A stretch of DNA of 64,000 bases from an uncultured Gammaproteobacteria bacterium (GCA_964538765.1 CAZIHS010000003.1:631-64630); one strand, 5' to 3'; shown: positions 50,020 through 59,851, counted from the stretch's first letter. Numbers and translations: made by a program. Notes: generated by a model from the letters alone, not told the origin.

Positions 50020-50725
50020 AGTCAAAACCTGGGTAAACAGCCAACACTTCCTCGTGGTTTTCCAAATTTTCCAACAAATCAGCCAGGCGCTCCAATGCAT
50101 CCAAATCAGATACAAAAACCGGATTTCTTGCCCGATAGATTCTTCTTTCCTCAACCACCGTCAAATTTTTCTCTTTCAAAAACAATTCAACTTCGGCCAG
50201 TTTAGCTGAATCAACCACTATCACTCTGCCCTCGGCCTCCAAATCAATCGCCCCCCGGTCGATTAATTCCAACAAATCCGACTCGGGTAATCCATTCAAA
50301 AGTTCAACCTCAGCCACTCTTTCAAATTGAAACAATACACTGTTCGACTCTGCCACATCTGCCTTACCCTCCTTTAAAATAAGTTTCAATTCCGACAAGG
50401 TTCTGTTCTTATTATCCGTTTCGGCCTCAATAATTATTGGCACTCCCGACGGGCCATATACCTCAATTAATAGAAAACTTAAATTGTTCCTGCGTTGCTC
50501 AAATCTTAAAATTAACCTGTCAATATTCTCCTTTGGCATATTCGCCGCCTTGGCCTTCTCAATTGCCACCCTCAAGGCCGAATTCGCCTCAATTTTTGTA
50601 TTCCCGCCACCTTGTCGAATCGCCGTCAGAATATCTTTTGATAGTCTGGTAAAAACTTCACTTTTCTTTTTATCCTGGGCTCCTTTTCTGGTTTTAATAT
50701 TTGCCCACTTAGAATGACCCGACAT
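50003..50725 (-). CDS. yebC: YebC/PmpR-family transcriptional regulator
   Basis: MSGHSKWANIKTRKGAQDKKKSEVFTRLSK is the family-defining N-terminus. Confidence 0.85.
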   Translation of the reverse strand: MSGHSKWANIKTRKGAQDKKKSEVFTRLSKDILTAIRQGGGNTKIEANSALRVAIEKAKAANMPKENIDRLILRFEQRRNNLSFLLIEVYGPSGVPIIIEAETDNKNRTLSELKLILKEGKADVAESNSVLFQFERVAEVELLNGLPESDLLELIDRGAIDLEAEGRVIVVDSAKLAEVELFLKEKNLTVVEERRIYRARNPVFVSDLDALERLADLLENLENHEEVLAVYPGFDYAKKA

Positions 50726-51497
50726 AGCTTGAATATTCTATCATTTTCGCCAGTCCTTCCCCTACCACCAAACGCACTTCACCTCTCTCAACTTCCTCTG
50801 CTCCCGCTTCAATTTTACATTTTAAAAACCGATTCACTCTCCCCAAAAGAATTTCAGCATCCTTATTACCACTACCGATCAAAAGCCGGCATCTTTCCAT
50901 CTCAAGTGTCTCAAAATTACCCACATCAATAACCCTCAACCCAAAATAGTTCAACCTTTTAGCCACAAAATCTGCAAAACCCTTTTCTTCAGATCCATTA
51001 AAAACCTTCCAGTTCAACCCGCTTTCGGCCACTCCCTCGTCGGCCAGACCAACCTCAATCAATGTTTCAACCTCCTCGGCCAAACCCGCCCTTTCATCCT
51101 TTGCCAACTCACTTTCAACCAACACCAGCCGGCTATTCCACCACCACTCCCATCCCCTTCTCCAACCCTCAAACCGGGATCCGGCCGACTCCTCAAAACC
51201 AAAATTGTAAAAAAATATATCAGCCACTAGCGACTTTTTTCCCTCATTTTCCAAAAGCTTATTTAAGCTTCCCGCCCGATACCAACCCATCCCCCCGGGT
51301 ATCCAAATTTTCACCTCCGGTCCCACCGACAACTTAAACACAGACCGGCGCCTTGGTGACACGTTAATCAGTTTCACTCCATCCTCGTTTAAGACAACAT
51401 ACCGGTAGTCGTCTTTCACCACCACCCACGAAATCACCACCAGCACCAACCCAACCACCATCACCAATCCGGGAAAAAGCCAATATCTTTTCATCAT
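50709..51497 (-). CDS. hypothetical membrane-anchored protein
   Basis: N-terminal TM. Trp-rich central region. No secure family assignment. Confidence 0.45.
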   Translation of the reverse strand: MMKRYWLFPGLVMVVGLVLVVISWVVVKDDYRYVVLNEDGVKLINVSPRRRSVFKLSVGPEVKIWIPGGMGWYRAGSLNKLLENEGKKSLVADIFFYNFGFEESAGSRFEGWRRGWEWWWNSRLVLVESELAKDERAGLAEEVETLIEVGLADEGVAESGLNWKVFNGSEEKGFADFVAKRLNYFGLRVIDVGNFETLEMERCRLLIGSGNKDAEILLGRVNRFLKCKIEAGAEEVERGEVRLVVGEGLAKMIEYSSYVGSF

Positions 51498-52168
51498 AGT
51501 TGTTTTAACACCTCAACAAGATCGGCCGATAAATCACTCTTTGCCACCACTTTGTTTCCCTGCCTGTCTATAAACGACAGCTCGGCCGCCTCCAAAAATT
51601 GCCTCTCCAAACCTAACAGGCCGTGTCCACCATACAATCTGTCTCCCGCAATCGGCCAACCAAGATAACTAAAATGAACCCGAATTTGATGAGTTCGGCC
51701 TGTTTTAGGCCACACTTCCATCAAAGTATACTTTCTGTCTCGATAAAAATACCTATTTTTAACCATAAATACCGTCTCTGCCAATCTACCGTTAATCACC
51801 ACCCCAAAGCGCCCCAAACCCTTCAGCCTACCCACCGGCATCACTATTTCCCCACCAACCGCCTCCCCTTCCACCAAAGCCACATATTTTTTTATTACCA
51901 GCCTGTTTCTAAACTGCTTCTTTAACCAATCTAAAGTAGGCTCATCTTCAGCCACTATCACCAATCCCGACGTTCCTTTGTCCAACCGGTGAACCACTCC
52001 CCGGCGAACCAGTTTTTCCCCCCACCCCCTATCCTCCAGCCAATTTTCCACCGACAATACGGCCTTGTTTGCCACTCCTTCATTGGTAGTTAAAAATCCA
52101 GCCGGTTTTTTTATCACCATCCACCCGTCTCCTTTCAAAATTATTTCTAATTTACAGTTCTTTTCCAT
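51494..52168 (-). CDS. RluA-family pseudouridine synthase
   Basis: VVHRLDKGTSGLVIVA catalytic Asp motif, KKYVALVEG, QIRVH. Confidence 0.85.
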   Translation of the reverse strand: MEKNCKLEIILKGDGWMVIKKPAGFLTTNEGVANKAVLSVENWLEDRGWGEKLVRRGVVHRLDKGTSGLVIVAEDEPTLDWLKKQFRNRLVIKKYVALVEGEAVGGEIVMPVGRLKGLGRFGVVINGRLAETVFMVKNRYFYRDRKYTLMEVWPKTGRTHQIRVHFSYLGWPIAGDRLYGGHGLLGLERQFLEAAELSFIDRQGNKVVAKSDLSADLVEVLKQL

Positions 52169-52530
52169 TCTATATACATCAAAACTAAACCCCCAAATAT
52201 TAAAAAATCATAAACATTATTACATAACCCGCTAAAATAACACCAATAGTCTCTCACGGCCCCAAAGGTCAGTCGATCACTTAAATTACCAATCCCTCCT
52301 GCCAACACCAACCACCCCCCGGCCAAAAATCCGCCACTTCTCCACCACCATATCCACCAAACCCACAAAACAAGTTGGCCCGCAAAACCGGCCATTTTCG
52401 GCCACCACCCGAAAGCCAATCCCCGGTTAAAAACAACAGCTCCACCCCTGGAAAAAACCTGATGGGCAATATATGTCACCACAAAAAACCCAAAAAACAG
52501 AAATAATTTATGACTCGCGTTCTTTAGCAC
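52147..52530 (-). CDS. lspA: lipoprotein signal peptidase (SPase II)
   Basis: NRGLAFG and GGIGNLSDRL..G.VRDY motifs. 4 TM. Confidence 0.8.
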   Translation of the reverse strand: MLKNASHKLFLFFGFFVVTYIAHQVFSRGGAVVFNRGLAFGWWPKMAGFAGQLVLWVWWIWWWRSGGFLAGGWLVLAGGIGNLSDRLTFGAVRDYWCYFSGLCNNVYDFLIFGGLVLMYIEWKRTVN

Positions 52531-52873
52531 AATCTATACAGACCGTTATTTCAGGAATTGAAGCCAACCTTTCCGTATCGATCATTTGGTTGCACTTCTC
52601 GCACACTCCGTACTTTCCAATTTTCATTCTGGTCAAGGCTTTTCTGAATTGAATAATCTGCCGGGCCACAAATCTCATCTTAACCTGCGCGTCAAAATGA
52701 CCAACCTGCTCATCAACATCCTCCTCAAAAGAGTTGTTGGTGGTCCTTTCGCTATCAGTAAACGGATCGGCCGACTTCACTCCCTTTCTAACTCCTTTCA
52801 ACCTCACAAGCTCCTTTTCTAAAAAGTTTTTTATTGGCAGCAACAATCGCTGCGGATAGGTCAAATTTGTCAT
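52508..52873 (-). CDS. DksA/TraR-family C4 zinc-finger protein
   Basis: CEKCNQMIDTERLASIPEITVCIDCA C4 finger and an upstream coiled-coil. Confidence 0.7.
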   Translation of the reverse strand: MTNLTYPQRLLLPIKNFLEKELVRLKGVRKGVKSADPFTDSERTTNNSFEEDVDEQVGHFDAQVKMRFVARQIIQFRKALTRMKIGKYGVCEKCNQMIDTERLASIPEITVCIDCAKERES

Positions 52874-53535
52874 TTTTTTCTCCTAAAATAAACCATTAAC
52901 CCCTCACCAACCTGACCCAAGATAAACAATCCAACCAACATCAGTATACCAATTAATAAATAAATAAACACCCAAACCAATCCCCGGCCAACAAAATAGC
53001 TGTAGGCGGCATAAATTAAATAAAACACCGCGTTACTCCACAAAAAAATAAAACCTTTTTTACCACTGCGATACCAACTATACGAGCGGTACTTCCTTAC
53101 CAGCCAAAGATTAATTATCCATATTCCCAGTAATATCACCGCTGGCACCAATTTTTCCACGCCTCCCCCCGTTCTCAAAAAACGATCTCCAAACATAAAA
53201 ATAAAAAAAACCACCCCAACTCCCGATATATCTTCCAAAAAAGCCACCAATTTCCATCCGTTTTGCAAACAAAGATAGTAACTCAAACCTAAAAACGTAC
53301 CATATCCAACCAACCAGTTTTCACCACCAAAGCGCCACACCAACGGCAAAGCCCCAAAACCTTCATAATAAACATTGATTGTTGCCAACCGCGAAGCCAC
53401 CAAAAACATCAGCATTCCAGACCACAAAAACAGTAGTATTTTATCTCTGGAGTAGTCATTCCTTAATTTTCTCCAACCGCCATAAAACCAGGCAAAAAGC
53501 GCTACTATTCTTAAAATTGCTATACCCATTATCAT
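52870..53535 (-). CDS. hypothetical polytopic membrane protein
   Basis: Start moved to MIMGIAIL (53535) because the listed longer ORF runs into tRNA-Leu. Confidence 0.5.
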   Translation of the reverse strand: MIMGIAILRIVALFAWFYGGWRKLRNDYSRDKILLFLWSGMLMFLVASRLATINVYYEGFGALPLVWRFGGENWLVGYGTFLGLSYYLCLQNGWKLVAFLEDISGVGVVFFIFMFGDRFLRTGGGVEKLVPAVILLGIWIINLWLVRKYRSYSWYRSGKKGFIFLWSNAVFYLIYAAYSYFVGRGLVWVFIYLLIGILMLVGLFILGQVGEGLMVYFRRKK

Positions 53536-53542
53536 ATTTTCG

Positions 53543-53626
53543 TACCGAAGCTGGGAGTCGAACCCAGATGGTGTCGCCACCACACGATTTTGAGTCGTGC
53601 GCGTCTACCAGTTCCGCCACTCCGGC
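53543..53626 (-). tRNA. tRNA-Leu (anticodon CAA), long variable arm
   Basis: Minus-strand sequence gccggag-tg-gcg-gaactggtaga-cgc-g-cacga-ctCAAaa-tcgtg-[tggtggcgacaccat]-ctggg-ttcgact-cccag-cttcggt-a folds into a cloverleaf with a canonical TTCGA T-loop and discriminator A. Confidence 0.85.
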
Positions 53627-53685
53627 AAAACTATACCGACTATTCTACCATTCTCAAAGCCCACCACAGGTGTATCATTAAATTA

Positions 53686-54195
53686 ATGGTGGGATCAAAC
53701 CTGAAATATATTAACTGGATTTTTACACTAGCCTTTACTTCAATATTTCTCCTGACCACTCCCCTTTTCTGTCAAGCATCTGGATTCAACTTAACCACCA
53801 TCGGCAACAGTTCCACTCAAGGACGCGTTATCCATCAATGGTGGTATTCCGGCAACCAGCCAATTCTTCGCGGCGAAGCGGAACCCAACAGCCCAATAAA
53901 TATTGACATTGATGGCCAAATCGTTCAAATAAACGCAGACTCTAGCGGCAATTGGGATTTCGCCACCTCGGCCCTTGCCCCGGGAGATCACCTCCTGAAC
54001 CTGACCAACAACAATTCAACCATCAGCTTTACCTTAACTATCGGCACCGAATCTATCAACTGGAACGAGGCCGGAAAAAACCCTCCCGACACCCTGCCCA
54101 CCGTTGGCAATTTCACCTCCACCCTGGCCATCATCACCTTTGGAACTCTACTTCTAGCTTTCAGTCTCCTTTTTTCTCAACCTCAAAAAAGCTAA
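53686..54195 (+). CDS. hypothetical surface protein (N-terminal signal/TM and C-terminal TM anchor)
   Basis: MVGSNLKYINWIFTLAFTSIFLLTTPLF.. and C-terminal LAIITFGTLLLAFSLLF. The upstream part of the listed ORF overlaps tRNA-Leu. Confidence 0.45.
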   Translation: MVGSNLKYINWIFTLAFTSIFLLTTPLFCQASGFNLTTIGNSSTQGRVIHQWWYSGNQPILRGEAEPNSPINIDIDGQIVQINADSSGNWDFATSALAPGDHLLNLTNNNSTISFTLTIGTESINWNEAGKNPPDTLPTVGNFTSTLAIITFGTLLLAFSLLFSQPQKS

Positions 54196-55471
54196 CTTGC
54201 TTCCCGTTGAAATACATATCCAAACTTCCAACCGGGCCATTTCGATGTTTTTCAATACTTAAAGTCACCGCTTCCTTAATTTCTTCATTTTCCCGGTGTA
54301 AAAACATTACCACGTCAGCATCCTGTTCTATACTTCCCGATTCTCTTAAATCAGAAAGTCTCGGCCGCCCTCCCCTGGCCTCCATCGCCCTGGACAGTTG
54401 GGCCGCGGCCAACACTGGTATTTTTAACTCTCGGGCTAAATTTTTTAACCCCTGTGATATTTCAGAAACCTCCTGAACCCGATTATCCCGGGTAGTTCCA
54501 TGCATCAACTGCAAATAGTCAACCAAAACAAATCTTATCCCTTTCTCCACCTGAAGCCTTCTGGCCCGAGTCCGCAGTTCGGTCACCGTTAATCCTGGAG
54601 TATCGTCAATATACAACGGTGCTTCAGCCAATATTCCATAGGCATCCGACAACGAAGACAAATCATCGTCATTCATCTGCCCCGTTTTTAACTTCCAGGC
54701 ATCCAGCAGACCCTGTCTGACCAGCAACCGGTCGACCAACTCTTCCTTGCTCATTTCCAAAGAAAAAATACAAGTTGGTATTTTTTCTTCAACAGCTATG
54801 TGTCTGGCGACATTTAAACCAAAAGCGGTTTTCCCAATTCCCGGCCTGGCCGCCAATATCAGTAAATTACTATCCTGCATTCCCGCCAAAAACGCATCCA
54901 GCGCTTTAAAACCGGTTGGCACCCCCCGCAAGCCTCCCCCCCGTCGCTGTATCTCATCAAGACGGTCAAAACTGGCTGTCAACACTTCCCTAAGCGAGGT
55001 AGGCACCGATTTCAAATGTCTTTGAGACAAACCATATATTTCCTGTTCCGCCAAATCTAAAAGTTGGTCTGCCGGCAACGATTCGTCAAAGGCCTTTTCA
55101 CTAATTCTGGCCGCCGCTGATATCAACTCTCTCTTTGCCGCCAAAGATCTGATGATTGCCCCATACGCCTCAACGTTTGCCGAAGTTGGCACCTCATTGG
55201 CCAGCTTGGCTAAAAACGCCTTGCCGCCAACCTGCTTTAGCGATTTCATCTCCTTCAGTTTTTCTGCCACCGTCACAATATCTATAGGTTCCCTGGCCTC
55301 ATAAAGTGAAAACATCGCCTCATAAATGTTGCCCAGGTTAAGGTCATAAAAATGCGACGGTTTCAAAAAATCTGACACCACCAGCAAAGCCTCGTTATCA
55401 ATCAAAATCGACCCCAAAAGTGACATCTCAGCCTCAACTGAACTTGGAGGAACCTTCATTATCGACTTCAT
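54161..55471 (-). CDS. dnaB: replicative DNA helicase DnaB
   Basis: N-terminal primase-binding domain, ARPGIGKTAFGLN Walker A, RecA-like core. Confidence 0.9.
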   Translation of the reverse strand: MKSIMKVPPSSVEAEMSLLGSILIDNEALLVVSDFLKPSHFYDLNLGNIYEAMFSLYEAREPIDIVTVAEKLKEMKSLKQVGGKAFLAKLANEVPTSANVEAYGAIIRSLAAKRELISAAARISEKAFDESLPADQLLDLAEQEIYGLSQRHLKSVPTSLREVLTASFDRLDEIQRRGGGLRGVPTGFKALDAFLAGMQDSNLLILAARPGIGKTAFGLNVARHIAVEEKIPTCIFSLEMSKEELVDRLLVRQGLLDAWKLKTGQMNDDDLSSLSDAYGILAEAPLYIDDTPGLTVTELRTRARRLQVEKGIRFVLVDYLQLMHGTTRDNRVQEVSEISQGLKNLARELKIPVLAAAQLSRAMEARGGRPRLSDLRESGSIEQDADVVMFLHRENEEIKEAVTLSIEKHRNGPVGSLDMYFNGKQVSFFEVEKKGD

Positions 55472-56028
55472 TTTTTCAAACTGTTTTTCAACAGCACAAT
55501 TTCCAAACCATCGGGTAAATCACCTTCAACAGCATTCAACTGATCCACCGCCTCCTGACCCTCTATGTCCGCTTCGTCCAAAAATTCCGAAAGTTTACTC
55601 TCATCCTTTCCAGGTATTGGAACTAAATAGTTTACTCCCCACGTTTTGGCCAGGCCTAAAATCTTTTTTGTTTCCAAAGACGGTAAATACACCATCAAGA
55701 CATCTAAACTTCCAATTTTTTCTATTTTCTTGTCCTTCAAATCCTCTTTTAACTCTGGCATCAGGCCAATTCTCAAACCGTCCGCCTCAATTACCACCAT
55801 TACCCCCTCCCCTGCCTTTGTCCCCCACAAAACCACTCCTCCCGCTTCATATTCGCCCGGACCCGACACCAGCAATTTATCCTTCAACCACTGTCCCGAC
55901 CGGCTGCTATCAGTATAAACCACAATTCTTGCTTCAGCCCAAAAATCCGCCTTCTCAGGGTTAACCACCACCGTTTCTTTTTTAGATTTTATAACAACCG
56001 TTCTCTCACCAGGCCATTTTATTTCCAT
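55468..56028 (-). CDS. hypothetical protein (possibly MBL-fold/UPF0173-like hydrolase)
   Basis: MEIKWPGERTVVIKSKKETVVVNPE resembles the N-terminus of small MBL-fold proteins. Assignment is weak. Confidence 0.35.
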   Translation of the reverse strand: MEIKWPGERTVVIKSKKETVVVNPEKADFWAEARIVVYTDSSRSGQWLKDKLLVSGPGEYEAGGVVLWGTKAGEGVMVVIEADGLRIGLMPELKEDLKDKKIEKIGSLDVLMVYLPSLETKKILGLAKTWGVNYLVPIPGKDESKLSEFLDEADIEGQEAVDQLNAVEGDLPDGLEIVLLKNSLKK

Positions 56029-56054
56029 AGTCCAATTCTATCACCCTTAAAGCT

Positions 56055-56534
56055 GTGTTATCATTCAAAAGTAAAATGATAAGAGAGCTGGTTCTCGCCA
56101 TCGGTCTTGGCGCCATACTTGGTTTTGGCCTAACAGGGAGTTATTTTACCCTTAAAAAGTACCAAAACTCATCCCCAGCCCCCACCCCCTCTATCGCCGT
56201 TTCCCCCATTCCATCAAACAATAATCCATCCACCATCCAACCGACCAAAGAGCCTGATTCGGCCCCGGCCACTCTAACCATCGACTCCCCATCACCAGAC
56301 AGCGTCGTCAACAACTCAAAAGTCACCATAAAAGGTAGTTTTCAGCCCAATTCAAACATTCTGATCTTCACTCCCATCGACGGCTATCAAATAAAAACCG
56401 ACTCTTCGGGCAATTTCAGCTCCAGCATTGAAATTGAGTCTGGCTTCAACACCATTTATATTTCGGCCCTCGATCCTCAAAACAACCAAACAGACTCTCA
56501 ACTAAACATTACCTACACCACTGCCACGATATGA
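56055..56534 (+). CDS. hypothetical membrane-anchored, Pro/Ser/Thr-rich exported protein
   Basis: GTG start at 56055 or ATG at 56076. TM then low-complexity linker then a beta-rich domain. Confidence 0.45.
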   Translation: MLSFKSKMIRELVLAIGLGAILGFGLTGSYFTLKKYQNSSPAPTPSIAVSPIPSNNNPSTIQPTKEPDSAPATLTIDSPSPDSVVNNSKVTIKGSFQPNSNILIFTPIDGYQIKTDSSGNFSSSIEIESGFNTIYISALDPQNNQTDSQLNITYTTATI

Positions 56535-57238
56535 GAATATTTACTTTTATTTCTGGAATCTTCATTATCTTTCTTTCTAACCTCGTCAAAGTTAACGCCC
56601 TAACCCCCACCATCTCTTCCCCATCGGCAACTCCGACCTCTGTAAATCAGGTAGATAAGGACATCCAAAGAATCAGGGAAGCAGTACAGCAAAAAGTCAT
56701 CGAAAAACTTAAAAATATCACCAGTCAGGACCCCAGCCAAGCAAAAAAAGGGTACCTCGGTAAAATCACAACGCTTGAACCCACCAAGCTAACTCTCGAT
56801 CTTAAAGATTCAACACCCCTGATTCTCCAGGTTACTCCAAACACCACTATCATCGACTCCAACCGCAACAAAACAATAGTCGACAAACTGAAAATTGGCC
56901 AAACTGTCTTGGCTATGGGTTATCTTCAGGCCGACAGCAGCCTCGACACCAAACGAATAGTTGTGGTTGACCCCAAAACATTCAACCCCCCGCCGATCAT
57001 CGCCATTGGTAAAGTTGTCGATGTCTCCCAATCAACCTCGGTTTTTAGTCTCATCCCCTTCAACAATAAAAACCAGCAGTTTCAAATATCCCAAACAAAA
57101 ACCTCCCGGCTATACCAAAACGGGGAAAAAGTTGATAGTTCAAAACTAAAGGCCGGCCAAAAAGTAGCCACCATTCTTAAATCGGACCCTAAATCAACCA
57201 AGAACTACCTGGCCCTGAAAATATATATTTTGGACTAA
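56531..57238 (+). CDS. hypothetical secreted protein
   Basis: Signal-like N-terminus MRIFTFISGIFIIFLSNLVKVNA. ATGA overlap with the upstream gene. Confidence 0.45.
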   Translation: MRIFTFISGIFIIFLSNLVKVNALTPTISSPSATPTSVNQVDKDIQRIREAVQQKVIEKLKNITSQDPSQAKKGYLGKITTLEPTKLTLDLKDSTPLILQVTPNTTIIDSNRNKTIVDKLKIGQTVLAMGYLQADSSLDTKRIVVVDPKTFNPPPIIAIGKVVDVSQSTSVFSLIPFNNKNQQFQISQTKTSRLYQNGEKVDSSKLKAGQKVATILKSDPKSTKNYLALKIYILD

Positions 57239-57246
57239 ACATCGTC

Positions 57247-57447
57247 TTGTTTAAAATTAAACTTCTTCCTGTCAAACCTTTTCAGGAAACGCTCCGCGGC
57301 AGTTTTTGTGGACCGGCAGTTATTAAATTAATTCTTAACTTATACGGCATCAAAAAAACAAAGGCCGAAGTTACCACCCCTTCCAATAAACACGATACTC
57401 TTGGAATTAACGACAGCGACATTAAAAGAGTTGAGAGTTTGGTTTGA
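57247..57447 (+). pseudogene. peptidase C39-like N-terminal fragment (66 codons, then frame break)
   Basis: LRGSFCGPAVIKLILNLYGIKKTKAEV resembles the C39 catalytic-Cys region. The ORF stops after 66 codons; a +2 frame continues (DHIEKRNDVITKQWIAVYKS..) for about 42 codons before further stops. Confidence 0.35.
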
Positions 57448-58062
57448 TTTCTCTTCGGATCATATCGAAAAACGGAACGACGTGATAACAAAACAGTGGA
57501 TTGCTGTCTATAAAAGTAGAACACCGGCTAAATATTTCTCCCAATTACGCAGTTTGAGTACAACTCGGTTCTAAGATCTCAGCATCAGCAACCCCAAAAT
57601 ATTAGATTCAATAAATTAAACACGGATCTTTCTGTGTAATATCTATTTTCTCGAAATTATCCTTTCGGCCAACACCAGTGTCAAGTTAACTAGTTTTTTT
57701 CTGTCGTTGTTTTTCGACCCAATCAACAACACTACCATAGGCCAACCTTTTCAAATTTTGAATGGCCCAGACAGTATATCCCTCCACTTGCAAAATTCAA
57801 CGGGACAATCCATGGGGTAACAAGAACATTTGACGACACTACAATACTCACCCTCACTCATAATGGATTATAGTATTACATACTATTCCGAAAAGCATCT
57901 AATTACTGAAAGTGTCACATATTTCCAATATAACCAAAAAATCGCCTCCATATGTCTTATTGACAACCACCCTACTTGCGGTAAAATCTACCTGTGGACT
58001 ACACCAGCACCGCACATCGCCATAGTCTCTCCTAAAAGGGGCGGTTGTCCGTGTTGTTAGAG

Positions 58063-58084
58063 ACCGCCTCTCGGCGGTTTTTTT
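58063..58084 (+). terminator. intrinsic terminator
   Basis: accgcc-tctc-ggcggt hairpin followed by T7. Immediately after a small AT-rich ORF ending ..GGCPCC. Confidence 0.65.
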
Positions 58085-58086
58085 AT

Positions 58087-58160
58087 GGTGGCTGTAGCTC
58101 AGTTGGTAGAGCGCTTGCCTGTGGAGCAAGTGGCCGCGGGTTCGAGTCCCGTCAGTCACC
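58087..58160 (+). tRNA. tRNA-His (anticodon GTG) with genomically encoded G-1
   Basis: g(-1)-gtggctg-ta-gctc-agttggta-gagc-g-cttgc-ctGTGga-gcaag-tggcc-gcggg-ttcgagt-cccgt-cagtcac-c. G-1 opposite C73 is the tRNA-His hallmark. Canonical D and T loops. Confidence 0.85.
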
Positions 58161-58265
58161 CAAAATGATCAAAAAATTTCAAAAAATTAGTCAACATCAT
58201 CGCCATCCGTCGATCAAGCAACCGGCGGGGTGTGGCTTGGTCTAAAAACATTCCTTTGTTCTCAC

Positions 58266-58296
58266 AAACCCCCGCCAACAGCGGGGGTTTGTGTTG
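58266..58296 (+). terminator. hairpin downstream of tRNA-His (terminator-like)
   Basis: aaacccccgc-caaca-gcgggggttt followed by gtgttg. Confidence 0.5.
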
Positions 58297-58550
58297 ACCG
58301 CCGCCAAATTATTACATTCATATCAAAAAAAATTTTATGACAGAAAATATTAATAATCCTTCCTTAATTGATCCTCGACGTTTAGAAATCAGCGCCCTTT
58401 TTGTAGACCAGATACCTTCTTCGATTCGGGCCCCACTGGAGAAATGGTAACAACGTATGGGCCAGAAACCGATATTGAAATAATCCCTCCGGGTTGTGGG
58501 GACGATACAAACAACAAAGAAAGAGGTGGACACTAAATTATTGATCAACT

Positions 58551-58578
58551 GGGCGCCCCGAATATTTTCGGGGCGCCC
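58551..58578 (+). promoter_or_regulatory. perfect 12-bp-stem palindrome in the hisS leader
   Basis: gggcgccccgaa-tatt-ttcggggcgccc, 35 nt upstream of the hisS ATG. No U-tract after it. Confidence 0.5.
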
Positions 58579-58612
58579 CAACAAACCTAATTATTAATTG
58601 TTAAAATCAACC

Positions 58613-59851
58613 ATGAAACAAACTCCTCAAACCCTAAAAGGTTTTCGCGATTTTTTGCCCCAAAATTTAGCCATCAGAAACTATGTTAAAAGCATATTTG
58701 TCCAAACCTTTGAAAATTTTGGTTTCGAACCTCTCGAAACCCCCGCTCTCGAATACGCCTCCACCCTTTTGGGCAAATACGGTCAAGAAGCCGACAAGCT
58801 GGTCTATAAATTTACCGATCAGGGCGACCGAGAAATTGGTCTCCGCTACGATCTCACCGTCCCCGTTTCTAAAGTCCTGGCTATTTATCAAAACCAAATC
58901 CCCCTACCCTTCAAGCGGTACCAAATCCAGCCGGTTTGGCGGGCCGAAAAACCCCAAAAGGGCAGATACAGGGAAATTCTCCAGTGCGACATCGACACTT
59001 TTGGCCCAAAAAGCCCCATAAACGACGCCGAAATTATCGCCGTAATCTATCAAATACTGAAACAACTAAATTTCAATAAATACTCTATCCGTCTCAACAG
59101 CAGAATCGTTTTATCCCAAATTCTTAACCAAGCCGGTATTTCGGAAAATCAGCAATCAATCCTTCAAAGCCTCGACAAAACTCAAAAAATCGGTCAGGAG
59201 GGTGTTTCAACCGAGTTGATCCAAAAAGGTCTTTCCCAAAGCCAAATCGATCTTCTCTATTCTTCGATTGGGTCAGCCAAACCAGACCCATACCTCCAAT
59301 CGGTGATCGAAAACCTAAAAGCATTCGACCTGCCCCAAGAAGTTTATGTTTTTGATCCTACCATGATCCGCGGTCTTGACTATTACACCGGCCCAATATT
59401 TGAAACCTACGTTGAAAAACCAAAAATCGGTTCCATCACCGGAGGAGGCCGCTATGACAACCTCATCGAAACCCTCGGCGGGCCACCCATCCCTGCCGTC
59501 GGCACCACCATCGGCCTAGACCGCATCGTCGACGTCATCAGCGAGCTCAACCTCCTCCCCAATATCCCCAAAACTTCTACCAAGATAATGGTTGCCAATT
59601 TTGGCCCCGACACCGAAAATGAATCTCTAAAACTGGCTTCAGCATTGCGTGGTCAAAACATCACCACCCTCCTCTACCCCAACGCCGATAAATTAAGCAA
59701 ACAATTTAAATACGCCAGCGACAAGAGCATTCCATTCGTTGCCGTTATTGGCCCTGACGAAGCAAGCAACAATTTGGTCTCTCTCAAAAACATGAACACC
59801 GGAGAGCAAAAAACCATTTCGACATCAGATCTTCTGGCTCAACTCTCTTGA
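58613..59851 (+). CDS. hisS: histidyl-tRNA synthetase
   Basis: GFRDFLP, class II motifs 1-3 (..RYDLTVP.., ..GGGRYDNL..), anticodon-binding C-terminus. ATG at 58613 (the listed TTG at 58598 is less likely). Confidence 0.9.
   Translation: MKQTPQTLKGFRDFLPQNLAIRNYVKSIFVQTFENFGFEPLETPALEYASTLLGKYGQEADKLVYKFTDQGDREIGLRYDLTVPVSKVLAIYQNQIPLPFKRYQIQPVWRAEKPQKGRYREILQCDIDTFGPKSPINDAEIIAVIYQILKQLNFNKYSIRLNSRIVLSQILNQAGISENQQSILQSLDKTQKIGQEGVSTELIQKGLSQSQIDLLYSSIGSAKPDPYLQSVIENLKAFDLPQEVYVFDPTMIRGLDYYTGPIFETYVEKPKIGSITGGGRYDNLIETLGGPPIPAVGTTIGLDRIVDVISELNLLPNIPKTSTKIMVANFGPDTENESLKLASALRGQNITTLLYPNADKLSKQFKYASDKSIPFVAVIGPDEASNNLVSLKNMNTGEQKTISTSDLLAQLS

Noticed and set aside
53590-53685. N-terminal 32 codons of the ORF at 53590 and the first 16 codons of the ORF ending at 53583
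   Set aside because: Both overlap tRNA-Leu(CAA). Internal Met starts (53686 and 53535) are used instead.
57899-58245. ORFs 57899..58159 (-) and 58045..58245 (+)
   Set aside because: Both run through tRNA-His and its flanking terminators, so they are spurious.
58300-58597. T-box riboswitch upstream of hisS
   Set aside because: No AGGGTGGNACCGCG T-box consensus and no specifier-loop/antiterminator architecture. Only a simple palindrome is present.
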